From contig NMRA01000117.1 in the NCBI GenBank assembly GCA_002633005.1, forward strand, positions 208,692 through 272,691: DNA of 64,000 nucleotides, read 5' to 3'. The DNA is from Phoronis australis. Lineage: Eukaryota; Animalia; Phoronida. Both the position numbers and the translations under genes were made by a program. The notes under the pieces were generated by a model that saw only the letters and a list, made by a program, of their open reading frames with translations, did not search any database and was not told the DNA's origin. Positions 51,403 to 64,000 of this stretch are shown in pieces; positions within the stretch are counted from its first letter, which is position 1, and the number at the start of each line of letters is the position of its first letter.

Positions 51403-54400
51403 CTAAATATCATCAATGTTTTCCACAGTTCCTTCCTTTGTTTTAATAAGACCCTCGCTTCCTGATGTCTTATCGAAGAAATAATCAAAGTGATACTCCT
51501 TTCTCCTTTCACCATGGCTTAGGTAAAATTCTTGTTTCTCATATTCTTGAATCTGAAATTACAAATTGCACCAATTGGTTAGGAGTTGGCAGTGAATTTA
51601 GTTATCAAGAGACTGTGAACGATGTTTCTGTGATACTGTGAAATGGCATTAATACCATAGCATGAGCATATCTGTGAACAGCAATTTGAAGCCCACTGTG
51701 TATGTGATTTCGTTGTTTTAAGACTGTTTTGAATAGCAAAGTTAGTCCAAAATCGCAAACGAGAGCAGTGAAGTCCATAGAATTTGAGTAACCACCAAGT
51801 AAAAATTTTAATAACCAACACTGCAAGATGTGTTGCAGGAAGCCAAACATGAAGTAAACGTCACATCTACAAAACTATGTCACAGAAAAGATTGACAACC
51901 AGCTATTGCATACAGACACAACCGTGAGGACTCAAATTGAAAAAAATCTTGATCTGGTGACAGGAAATGTTGTTCGGAAATCCCGTCATTCATAACCAAT
52001 CACCAAGTTTAGAGCAAGTATACATCAACTAATCACCTACAGTAAAAATTTGGGAAAAAACAATAGCTAAAATTGCCATATTTCTATTTATCAGATGCTT
52101 ACCACATTCCTGCAAATGCTCAAACGTTGTTTGGTAATAGCTACAGTATACAAACCATGCCAGAAGCAAAGTAAATTTTCCTTTGTTGAGAAATTTGTGT
52201 CACAAACTGAAGAACTTTTACTGTGAACAGTATACAAGTTTCTACACAAAATTGAGAATCACATTTCAGACAACCAATGTCAGCTCACCTGTGCCAAAAA
52301 TTCCTCTCCCTCTCCCTGCAGAGACATCCCAGTTATTTGGTTAAATAATTCATACTGACTAAAGGCTTCAGGGACTCCAAGTTTAGAGAAAAACTGAAAG
52401 AAAAGCAACAGATTTACAAACATGTCCTAATTTGTCATTACCAAGATGGCCCACAAAATGACACCTTAAATTGAACAATTGTATGAAACTGTAAACAAAT
52501 CCATGAGGCTTTAAGATATTTGTAGGGCAAGGTACCAGAATATTTGAAAATTGACACCATACCGATAAAGTTGCTTTGATTCTGATAGGTGTTCGAAACC
52601 ATTACCAAATACTACCACAAAACATAACTTACAAACTCGGAACATGGACGGTGTTTTAATTGATTTCAGCAGTACCCACGACTGCAGTTTGGTCACAAGT
52701 TGGTAGCCTAACTTTGTTTCGAACTCAAAACTAGTAACAATACAAATGCTCACGCATCATTTCCTTATTTGAATGAGACAAAATGCGCCCAAACTTATGA
52801 TCATCTGACGACATTTACTACCAGCAGTTGTAATGGTACTTCTTCTAAAGCGACTATAAACCCCCCTTCAGTCCAAGAAGCGAACTTTTGATTTAGTCCA
52901 CCAACCACTTCAACATTGCCTTCAATGAGAAGTGATTTCTGACTTTGCAAAGAACGACAGTTTCTTGAGACCATGTCCGGCAAATAAAATGAAACTTGCA
53001 AGACAAGGTATGACAATAGTTTTGTTCACCAAAATTATGACATCAAATAAAGAATTTTTTATCAGGCAACATGTAGTTTGCAAACAAGTGTAATTTGTTG
53101 CATTGCAAGATATTAGAATATGGTGACGGAATAAAACCCTGACAAAAGAATCAAGCTAACAAACTGATTAAAAAATAGATTTACGTATGCCTAAATTTTA
53201 ATACAGAAAAACAAAAAAGCTCCTCGACCAACATACCCCAGAGACGTTAGTACAATCGCGTAGTAAGAACTCGTAAGCGTGAGGATGAGACAGGTCGACT
53301 GCTTGACTGACATCAATAAGGTATATACTGCCATTGTGCCACAGAATGTTGTATTCACTGAGATCAGCATGCACCAGTCTACAGTCTGAGTACAGCTTCA
53401 CCATGGCCTGTTTGGGAAGAACAACAAAGAAAACACTTTTAGTGAAAATAACTTCTAAGTCGAGTAGGAATTGACTTAGTTCCTAGACAGCAAACATCTG
53501 TAAAACACCTATAAAGCTTAAAAACACATTCTGGGGTTACAAAAGCTTTTAAGGTGATTTGAACACTGACTAAGAACAGAGAGCACAGGATGTGCAAGAT
53601 TTTTTTTAATACATTTTATTTCTAAATACACTAATATTTACAAACAATAAGACTGCTTAACCCTTATGTGGTCAACGTTCAGACTTCAGCATGGCCTGTT
53701 CACAACATTCCTGAAAGCAATCATTTTTTCTAGGGCTTGTTTTGCTGAATCGTTGTTATAGCTGGAAAAACTGCGACGCTGCCCAAAAACAGTACAGGAC
53801 ATGGTTCTTTTGTCATGTACACAGAGACAAACTGGAGTCTTTTTTCAGACTTGATACAATATCTCAGTTTGCTAGTGACAGAACACCATCAACTCAACTA
53901 AGCATTCACTTAACTTTAGTTGAATGTGAAAGTAATATCATGTGTTACACTACTAACAACGTATCAAATGCGACGGTGTTACATGCAAGAGAAACACAGA
54001 GCATTGCTATCCACCCACCACGTACATGGCAAATAACCAAGATACAAGGGCTGATCATTTTTAAACATTGCTATGCATTAGAGTGAGCAACACTTGCAAC
54101 AGTCTGAGGCTGCAATGCTAGTCACCCGGAAATTGACAAAAAATGCAATCCTGGTAGATAATGAGACTGCCAAAGAGCAAACTAAAATTACCACTAGGGG
54201 GTACTACAGCAGCCGGATCTATCTAATCATCAATGCCAGTCATGTTTACCTTAATAGAAACTCATTGCCGTGATTCTTCATGGAGTTTTGGTAGACAGAG
54301 TGGTAGATACCAAAAGTGAATACCAAACTAATAACACTGCTAATAGGGAGCAAATAACAAGTTCGAGCAGCCCCAAAATGAGCTAGTGCTGCCCTCTCTT

Positions 54401-57400
54401 AACTAAAATCTTATCTGTCAAATTTCATGAAGATCCTTCATCAAACTTGAATGATATTGAGGCAAATGCAGAAAAACTAAACCCGTCACTAGGAGGCGTA
54501 ATAGTAGTCAAACTCTTCAAAAATCAACACCAGCCAATTTTGTGCAACGATTCTCAAATAGTTTAGCAGAAAGGCAGATGCTACAAACAAAACCAAAATA
54601 CAAAAATTGCTACTAGGGTGTGCAGAGCAAGCCACAGTCATTGTGACAAAAAAGCCAAAATTGTCACAAAGAGGCACACCAAAAGGGGCACACCAAAGAG
54701 GCACACCAAAAGGGGCACACCAAAAGGGGGATTCCTCAGAAAGTCAACGCAAGCCAAAGTCTTGCTAACAGGAACACACAAACTTAATTCCATGGTGATT
54801 TTTTGAACAACTTGGTTGATATCAAGGCAAGCACAAAAGAGAAAACTGCTACCAGGGAGATTAGCAGTAGTTAGGTTTTTTCAAACACTGTCAGCCACAA
54901 ACACATCCGTCAAATTTCACAATATTCTTTACTGTGCTCCATAGACATTGAGGCAGGTGTAAAAAACTAAAACTCCCACCATGGGGCATAGTGGTCTGAA
55001 GATCGCCATCGATGCTTCATAAACAGGAAAATGTCCCTCAAATTTCAGGATGATCATTCGAACCCTTAGACAGATAGAGATGCGGATGATAAAATAGACA
55101 TCAAAATGCTACTGTCACAAGGGGGCACAGCAATAGACAAGTAAGGCTGAACATTTATGGGTAGCGTCATCTCGTTGATAGAAAAACAATCCTGAGTTCT
55201 TTTTTTTTAAGATCCAGCAAGTGACTTAGTAAAGGCAAGGGCAAAAACTTAAAGTCAACATCAATAGTTGGATCCCACAGAGATGACGGCAATATGCACC
55301 CAAGTGGGCACAGAAACATAGACACAAGTTCAGTTTTAGGAACCAAACAGGGCAGCACATTGCCTGAAATGTTTTACCATTTCACAACCACTAAGTAGAC
55401 AACCTACCTGTATAGTCTGCTGGTAAGCTGTGCAGGCTTGCTCTGAGGACAACTGGGCGTTCTTTAGTTTGACTGCAGGCACTTGGTCGTGACCAATGAA
55501 AGACATGACAAGGATGTGCTTCTTTAGTATAACAACCTCCGGACATGGAACACCACATCTGCGCATGCTAAGACAACACAAAAGAGTGGCTTTATAAATA
55601 TAAACATACCAAAACCACATGGAAGGTGCTGCTGTTACTTCATAGCAAAATTGTTGTTCAAGCAAGCGCACTGAAATCATTCATAGGCTTGTATGTAAAA
55701 TACTACCAAGAAAATTGTTGAGGAAAATTACACTATATCAAACCTTATCATATAACCTTACAGCCAATCAGAGGACAGAAGTACGAATGGTAGTCTTATT
55801 ATATCAGATGATCTGTATCAAAACTTATTGTATCATCCCTTCATACAATCAGAGGACAGGTTGTCTTATGATATCAGATGAGCTTACAGGTTCAAATTGA
55901 TCATCTCTTTCTCAGCCCACATTTTGATCACTTTTCTTGGATTCTGCTTTTTGAATTCATCTTTGGCGAATCTGTAATCCCCTTTGATGTATGAAGCTCT
56001 ACTCTTGAACTCATTCAGTGTCGTCTTAAATACCTTCAGTACACACTCTGATGGGATCTCTCTGTCCTCCACTCTGAATGAAAATAGAAAAATTGAGCCA
56101 ATCCATCCCATGCTTAAAACATCCACAATCAAACACAAATCAACACAGAATATGATATGACTTGACATTAAAATGTCATAACACACTAAATAGTCTTAAA
56201 GTGCATTGACATGGGTTGATGAAGAAAGTTTTCCAATACGCAAGACTTATCCTTGGAAGACCCAAAATATAGTAAAAAGATGAAGCAGAATTTGTCCAAA
56301 AAATATTTACCAAAATACAACAATGTTGTGCTTTGCTTCGATTATATTACTACTGATCATTAATAACCCTCTCATAGTGATGGCATGAAAAGAGGCAACG
56401 CATATAGTACTGTGGATAAATACAGTCCAAGACAAAAGTAATCAGACCGTCTCCCCCGTAATACAAGCTAATCCTGTTGACAGCAAAAATTACTGGTAAT
56501 AATTTTTAGGCCTGCAAAACTCTATTTACAGAATGGCTTAACCAACTTGCTTATTTTCCTGTTAATTCACGACGGGGAATAACGGGTCATTTCGTATAAA
56601 TATTCTTGGCTTGTACCCTACCCAAAAAACTAATATTAATGAACTAAGAATAAATCCTTCAAAGGCTATCACTTTGCTACAATGTATCCCTAAGTACAAA
56701 GGCTATCACTTTGCTACAATGTATCCCTAAGTACAAAGGCTATCACTTTGCTACAATGTATCCCTAAGTACAATGTATCGCATTACATACTTGCCACCAG
56801 TGGCATGGAACACAACTGACTCTTTGCCTGTACTGATGACACCATTGATGTTGTCAAGGATACCAGAGTTCACTAGTTTATACATGGCCAGTCTAGTCTT
56901 AGGATCAACTGCGTGTTCCTAAAAACAGAATATGGAAAAGAAACATAGACTGCAGTGTAAATCTCAAATGTCACACATAGATCTAAAATTCACTCAGAAC
57001 CAGGAGAGAAATCCTAGATCATTTAGTCTCAAAAGCAAAGAGCACTTTCACACAGATCCACCCCTACTAAATGTGAAACCACATATCCAACAAAACTTAT
57101 TTTATTGTAATATTGCATTGTATGTAATGGCACTATTACTGTAAACAGCTTTAAAAACAACACTAGTCCTGTTTTCAGCATTTCTAATTGTCAAAATGCT
57201 TCAATTAAAGCAGGCTACTAACCGCTATAAAACTAGTCTGTCTGTTAGTAATTGAGGATATTAGATGTAAAGAGCAGCTTAACATTGCGATTAGCGTATT
57301 TTTTCTTTCTTAGCAAAGAAAATGAAGAAATGTCAACGGAAACATCTCTGTAATCTAAAACCTCTCATCAGCTGCCATGTAAACACTACGCCAATCATGT

Positions 57401-60400
57401 TTGTCAACATCAAAGTTATAAACAACTATAAGTTGAAAATATAAATAAAGTTTGTATTATTTGAAAAACCTTGATAAGAAAGCAACTTACTAACTGAATT
57501 CATAAATGTAATCATGTCAAATTGGGAAAGCAAATATGCTATACTGAAAACATTTTATATACTAAATATATGTTCGCCAATAGTGAAATATATACGAAAA
57601 CACTTTAGTTTTCATACAACCTCATCAGAGATATTGTTAAAAATGTCGCTGTATAATTGTGACTTTAAATCCTTCATTATCACCATGACTACATACTGTA
57701 GTGGAGTGCTCCTTCTTCTCGTGTAGTCGAGCGCTTCTCTTGGCCTCGGCAATAGAGTGCACCTTCAGTTTGTTGTAGACATGGTTGGGTAACTTCATGT
57801 CAATACCTCGACCATCGCCCGTCTCAAACTCAGGAGGGAACTAGATAGAACAAGACAGTGCAATGAATAGTCAGTATGGATATGTACTTGAAGCACAAAT
57901 TTGAAACATCTTAGTACTTTTCCTTTCGCACACTTCTTTTCTTTTTAAAAATATGAGCACAGCCCCAAAAATCGATCTCGCATTATATCCAGGTTCTCAT
58001 TCACTCCCTTGTACACATTCACTAGTGAGACCGAGTGCACCACCAACAGTATGATTCTAGGGCTGCTTATTAATATTACAAAAATAGCTGTTAGGAACTC
58101 CAAAGATACACAGGCAAACATAACAAATAAACACCATGAGGCACAACAGTAGTAGAATCTGTCTGAAAAACATGTTGCCATATTCACAGGAACACACTTG
58201 TCAAATTTCACAAAGATCCTGCAATGAGATATGGATGGAAAAAACGAAATTACCACCAGGAGGTGCCACCCATCCAGAAATTAATGTCACTCATGCTGTT
58301 GTCAACAGGAAAGCATCTACCAATTTTCTAAATGATCCTTTAAGCAGTTAAATAGATGTAGACATTGACGCCAAAAACCTCGAAGATAATGGAGTGGCTG
58401 CTTGGTGGCTGAAAATACAGAGGTGTTGTCATCTCCTCAATAGAAACCTAGTAGCCATATTTCCTGAAAATACAGCACGCATCACGAATTGTTAGCCAAC
58501 CAGCAGCCAGCTGCAGTGCCAACTCATAACCTGATCCCCCCAGCCGACTCTACAGCCGACCTTAATTGCCGACCGGCCATCAGCCGACCCGCTGGTCGGC
58601 TGCTATTTTTAGGCGAGAGTAGCAGTTCTGTAATAGGTTGTCAGGCTGATACCACTTTGTGTGCCGATACATATTCGTCTCGGCACAGAGTCAAATAAAT
58701 TAACCTAGTTTTACTGTCATCAGTTGTGTAACACCACTAATTCGAAGGTTGAAGGCAAGCAGTAATATTGAACGTTGGATTACGGACAATGCAACAAGTT
58801 TTGGATTACAAAACGTGAAAGTTTTCTTTACACTTGATCTTTTGACTCGAGATGTTAACAAGTTGCATTAGATTGGCTGCTTCCCAGTCAATCAATACAA
58901 CACCGTAGTCATTTTGTAAACGCAGCTATTTTTTTGACAGTCTGCGCCCACACTTGTCTTTTTTGTGTTACTCCGAACTGCATCTTTTTGCGTTTTTAAA
59001 ATTCTTCACGGGTCTCCTATCACGCGCTCATGATGATGCGATAGTGAGTGAGTTGTTACACCGAAGAGCTCTTTCTCTGGGGATTTTATTTTCATAGTAT
59101 TAATATGATTAACCCTTGCAGTAAAGGCGCGAAATACACGATCATGTATGCACTAAACCCACAGACTTGGAAGGCTCTAACTTCGAAATCATATGGTTAC
59201 GATTTGCATGAACTTAGACAGTGACATCAAACACGGAATAACCACTGTTGAGGCTACAACCAATTCTAGCTTTGCGCATTCCGTTTTCATGCATCTGGGA
59301 TGTTAAAATCTGCGCTAGTTACATGTATCAGTTGGTCGTTTACGTTGTTCCAAAAATAAACATTTTCTGTCAGCAACATATTGACAAATTATATAAAATG
59401 AAACAATATTGAACAGGAAGATGTGAATACATGGTGAAGAGGTATTTGTTGCTACGTGGCATTTGTGCAAGAATCGCCTTTTTGATGACGGACACAACGT
59501 ATCAAAAAGATCAGTAAAATATCTATTTCGCGAGTTTAGAAAAGGAGAAAGTGTCAAGCGAAAACCTTACAAACAATGCGCAAAAAACAGAATACTATGA
59601 AACGTTTTTTTTTTGATTTAGTAATAGTATGAACAATGGGTAGTTATGTGCTTTTGTAATATTGTATCCTTTGTAGATGCCTGGTGTAAATGGCTCAGAG
59701 TGATATTATGTAAGCCTTATTATCCTCTATGGCTTAACAACTATGTATCTTCATTCATGCCTGTAATAGAGGTACTCCCATGATCATCAAGCATTTGTAT
59801 GTTTTTATTCTGATCATCAGGTGTGCTTCGAATGTACAATTAGTAATCATACTTTTGCAGAGGTTCATAACAAATGGATTCATTATACCCAGCAAATATT
59901 TTTTGCAACTGTCGATCTGCATATTAGGTATGCATATTACATCATACCTCATCTCAGAATAACCTGCTATCAATCATGGTAGAAAAAATTATTTGTATCA
60001 TTGCCACAAGAGGTTAACAAAAGCAGTCAGTGTCTGTAACTGTTCTGTCTACATTGTTGATGAATAAACGTAGGACAAAATCAATTTTTATAACATTGAT
60101 TCATGCCAAAGGTTTGAAATAGCACCCTCTTAAGAGTTTTGACTTGCCCACTAGAATCGATGCACTAAACTTATACAAGTTGTTTTTTAACCTGTGTCAT
60201 AGAACTGAAAATTGTATGCGTTTTCGTTTGCGAGAGTACTCTTTTTGAATCACTGGGTTAATCATATTTACGCTCTCCATGAAAACGCAGACTACCTGGG
60301 AACTTTTCTTTAGGATTACATGTACCGAGTTACTCTGAAGATTTTATTTTCAGAGTTTTACCCCTTGGAGTAGACACAAAACGCGAAGTATTGTGTTCTT

Positions 60401-63400
60401 ACTCCAAATGGCTGGGAAGGCTCTAGCCTTGGTACAAAGCTGTTTACTAAATCAAATATACAACTTAGTGCCAATGTAGGTAAAAGCTGACCAAATGAAG
60501 TCTTCCTTGAGTAATCTAAATTATTCACCGCGTTGCAAAAATTGGTTTTCTATCATTATTCTGTTGCTAAAATTGTGGTGTGATCTTTTGCGTTGGCTTT
60601 TGGCGCAATGAAATATTGCGTCATCCATTAGCCAGTTTCTTTTTCCCAGATTCTTCAATCAAACATTCTCCCTCGAGGTTGCGTAAACGTCACAACAAAT
60701 GATCAGAACTGGTTTCATTATAAGTTTTTACAATTTTGATATAAGTAAACCGAATTTTAGAAAAAATTTTGCTGCGTTGCTGTCATATCATGGGAGATGT
60801 GGAAAAAATTCTGGAAGTGGCGCGTGTCATGAATGTGCTCCTTTCAAAACGACGACATGAGTTTCTTTGTTACAAAAGGCAGACTATAACTGATTACATT
60901 CTTCTGTGTTCATGCGCCCATGATCTTAATATCTGCGTTATGTTCAAACCATTGTTTATGTTGTTCAAAAAATAAACTTTTGTTCTATTGCTGTACCAAC
61001 ATATTAAAAAATTATACAAAAATAAAAATAATTATCTGAGGGAAAGCGCAATATACAGCGTGATGAAATTATGTTCAAGAGTAATAACGGATGAGCGCAA
61101 ATGCGTGCTACTTGTTGAGCATTCCCCGGCATGAAAACACTTGAGGTCGTAAAACATCCAGCGTTGTATTGATTTTTATGCAATTTTACAGTAACATTTC
61201 AAATTTCTTGGTTGTTGATACTTTTTTATAAAAAAATAAAAAGTCTGATATCTAGAGTTCGAAATTATGTTTTCGCGATATCATTTAACATTTGATTTTA
61301 CCACGCCGTCAGCAATTCAACACAATGTTTACGTTGGTGTAATTTCACGCAATTCGTAGATTCGATTTTATCACCTTTCAATAGTTGAACAAAAGTTGAT
61401 AAACCGATGTCAAGACCGGAGTGGCCACTGGCAAACGAACAGCGAACAGTTAAATGTTTGTTTAGCCAAAGTTCACCCGCTGTCATAAAAGGGTAATTGC
61501 TGGCCAAAGACACGCATAATCCGAGTTGATCGTCTTTGCTAGGCGACCACTTTGCTGACCCAAGTGCCCGTCACAGAGGGGTCTCAGCAGACAGTTCCTA
61601 GCAGACCATTGTTGGTCGGCTGATGGTCGGCTAGACAACCAGTCATCAACCGGTCGTTGACCAATTTCTGACCAGTCGGACAAAACTCGTGATGTGTGCT
61701 GTATGTCAAGGGTCTCCGAAGATATAGAGGCAAATGCAAAAAACAAAAATTGTCACACAGCGATAGTCAGATCTACCAGAAATCCATCATCATCCACTGC
61801 CATATTCATAAAAAACACACTTGCCAAATTTCACAAAGATCTTGCCAGGAGTTAAGAAGGTATCACTGCGGATGTGGAAAAGATCCCCCTTGAAAGAGCC
61901 GCAGCTGAGCCTGAGAAACGTGAACGTCAGACATGGTCTTCTTGACAGGAACCCAACTGCTAATTTTCCCAATGATCCTTTGAGCAGTTTGGCAGATAAA
62001 AAGGCAAAGGCCACAAAGCAAACTCACAAACAATAAAAATGGCCACCAGGTGGTACATAATATGTCGCAATGATCTGAAAATGGCAAGGCATTGTCGTCT
62101 ACTTCATAGAAACCTGTTCGCCAAATTTCATGAAAATCCATTACGGAACTCCAAAAACAAAGGTAAAACAGTAAAATTGTCATTAGGGGACACAGACAGC
62201 AGTAACCACCTCTGTCTGAAAGTCATTGTCAATTATTGTTAGCACAATATGAGCACATCTATCAACTTTCATGAAGATCTTCCAAGGGGTTTCTAAGATA
62301 CATCAGGATTGCCGGATGCCCGGACAGGGATAATAACAATATGCACCGTACCAACATGTAAACTTACATTTTCTATGGCTCTGGCATTTTTCCGTGCACA
62401 AATGACAGCGTCGTGTTTAGTTGTAATGTTCTTCCCTTTGCCACTGATGCCATTCTTGAACTTGATTTTTGGATCCTCTATCAACAGAAAGTTGTTTTTC
62501 TACTTAATTGTGAAGTTTTGACGATAACAAATGATTTACTCTTTAATAAAAACTTGGATGCATTTTAATGTTCAAACAGTAAGGCCCAGTTTTACAGACA
62601 CATAGGACAGGTATCCACTTCATCTTCAGTTAGGGAGCATTGTCTGTATAAAAACAGTCCCATTCTTGTAATTACTTCATCATCAGAAAACGTTACAGGC
62701 AATAGTTAGATATAACGAGCCCACATTTTGAGAACCAGTTTGATGCCCGGTATTCAGTAGAGTGAACTGCTTCTCAAAATGCCGGCACGTTATATCTGAC
62801 TATTATCGAAGTCATATACTAAGAATAAAATTACAGAGTATGGTGAACATGTCAAATCTGTCTTATTCTGTCATAACCAGTGTGTTGTAGCTCCTGCTTC
62901 ACATCATATTCTGTCATAACCAGTGTGCTGTAGCTCCTGCTTCACATCATAGTCTGTCATAACCAGTGTGTTGTAGCTCCTGCTTCACATCATATTCTGT
63001 CATAACCAGTGTGCTGTAGCTCCTGCTTCACATCATATTCTGTCATAACCAGTGTGCTGTAGCTCCTGCTTCACATCATATTCTGTCATAACCAGTGTGC
63101 TGTAGCTCCTGCTTCACATCAACAGATACATACCTTGTTCCTCCTCTTCCTCTGGTGAACTGTCTCCACTGTCGTCCCCTTGAAGGGCGGGGTGAACCAC
63201 TCGAAAATTGGACAAGGACACAGCCACTGAAATGAAGACAGCCCAATCGTGTTCAAACAATGTTTCTGACAAAATCAAAGATGATTTTATTCAATGCCAT
63301 GGAAAAAAGACCTGATTTAAGATGAGATACGTTTAATAAAATGGCCACCAAAACGTTGATGTTTACAGCACACGTGAATTTAGATAAAACAAACAGGCAA

Positions 63401-63682
63401 AAACATTACATGGTCGCATAAGAGAAACTCACAGTACCAGCTGCAAACTTGGGCACTGTACCGTCAGGCAAATCTACTCCACCATCATAAAGTGTCAGAT
63501 ACAGGGAAAGCCATTCATGTCACAAACAAAATTGGTTACCTTTGCTCTGCTTGTTGACGTGTTGCTCTTCTTTCTTCAAAATAGCGTCGTACTCTTTGTC
63601 ATATTGCAACTGCAGCATCTGGGCAATTAACAGGTCATTGTCTGCATCCTCATTACTCAACCACGGCTCCTCATACAGACTT
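51403..63682 (-). CDS. RIOK3: Serine/threonine-protein kinase RIO3 (partial; 5' exons beyond window end)
   Basis: Minus-strand exons 63682-63540 ([17 protein letters not shown]), 63226-63134 ([11 protein letters not shown]), 62477-62368 ([19 protein letters not shown]), 57840-57697 ([29 protein letters not shown]), 56918-56791 ([20 protein letters not shown]), 56073-55888 ([28 protein letters not shown]), 55567-55408 ([19 protein letters not shown]), 53407-53237 ([19 protein letters not shown]), 52393-52289, 51552-51403 (TAG). All GT-AG and phase-consistent; the N-terminal motifs distinguish RIO3 from RIO1. Confidence 0.94.
54170..55320 (+). repeat. Same ~150-bp-unit repeat family, in a RIOK3 intron
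   Basis: ccactaggggg, tcaaatttcatgaagatcc and gatattgaggcaaatgca motifs recur; includes short aaa(g/a)rggcacacc repeats at about 54668-54730. Confidence 0.55.
56661..56771. repeat. Tandem repeat, 37-bp unit x 3
   Basis: Unit aaaggctatcactttgctacaatgtatccctaagtac, perfect copies. Confidence 0.95.
57960..62345 (+). repeat. Same ~150-bp-unit repeat family (57960-58470 and 61704-62345), split by the 58473-61701 element
   Basis: acacacttg(t/c)caaatttcacaaagatc and aattttc(t/c)(a/c)aatgatccttt(a/g)agcagtt occur on both sides of the insertion. Confidence 0.55.
58473..61701. mobile_element. 3.2-kb non-autonomous TIR element with TA flanks, in a RIOK3 intron
   Basis: ta|cagcacgcatcacga ... tcgtgatgtgtgctg|ta; subterminal cagccgac/gtcggctg repeats; it splits one unit of the ~150-bp repeat family (57960-58470 resumes at about 61704). 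No recognisable transposase. Confidence 0.7.
62698..62807. mobile_element. Palindromic MITE, same family as 11574-11680
   Basis: attttgagaaccagttt ... aactgcttctcaaaat arms; matches the reverse complement of the 11.6-kb copy. Confidence 0.7.
62864..63121. repeat. Minisatellite, 43-bp unit x 6
   Basis: Unit tattctgtcataaccagtgtg(c/t)tgtagctcctgcttcacatca. Confidence 0.95.
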
Positions 63683-64000
63683 CTGCAATGCGTATAACTT
63701 CACAATGTTATAAAAGCTCCAGACAATTTACAACTTTACTGTGTTGTACAGTCTACTGAAAAGACTATGTCTTCGTAGTGTTGATACTGAAACTACTAAC
63801 TCACCAACAAGTAACGAATCGGTGACTTGAGAGGCTTAGTTTGAAAAAACAATGTAATCATAATCTTGAACAGAAAAGCATTATACTAACTCCTTAAAAG
63901 ATTATGACCTTACAGCAGGGACTCATCTAGGATTTGAAAATTGGGGGTCCAAATTCGTGAGAATTACGAGTCGTGCAAAGCGCAAATCTGAGGCGCGCAG

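Noticed and set aside
57591-57640. Minus-strand CTGATGA..GAAA resembling a hammerhead ribozyme core
   Set aside because: Stem I cannot form and stem II is negligible; consistent with chance.
62864-63121. 43-bp array as CRISPR
   Set aside because: No spacers; intronic minisatellite.
63805-63834. Possible 30-nt RIOK3 microexon
   Set aside because: In the phase required by the next exon the junction creates a TGA stop.

Overview
AT-rich eukaryotic (invertebrate metazoan-type) genomic DNA with spliceosomal introns, two assembly gaps and many MITE/non-autonomous DNA transposon copies. Three spliced genes can be reconstructed by hand from GT-AG boundaries and exon phases. (1) A type II transmembrane trypsin-like serine protease (+, 20877-36580; TM, Ser/Pro/Thr stalk, 2 LDLa, SRCR, S1 protease) with an apparent frameshift in the stalk exon and an atypical Tyr|VIGG activation site. 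(2) Cathepsin B (+, 41011-48220). (3) The 3' portion of RIOK3 (-, 63682-51403), whose 5' end lies beyond the window. The most striking observation is in cathepsin B: the exon encoding CNGG(Y/F)P...GxVTGGQY is tandemly triplicated. Two copies are intact 85-nt exons of identical phase, one is decayed, and there may be a fourth remnant. This is the layout of a mutually exclusive exon cassette that would swap the S2/S3 subsite wall of the enzyme. A Kolobok-like TTAA-flanked element carrying THAP plus zinc-finger coding remnants, built from two copies of the same end and with a nested MITE, lies in a protease intron. All coordinates and alignments were made by eye; no searches were run.
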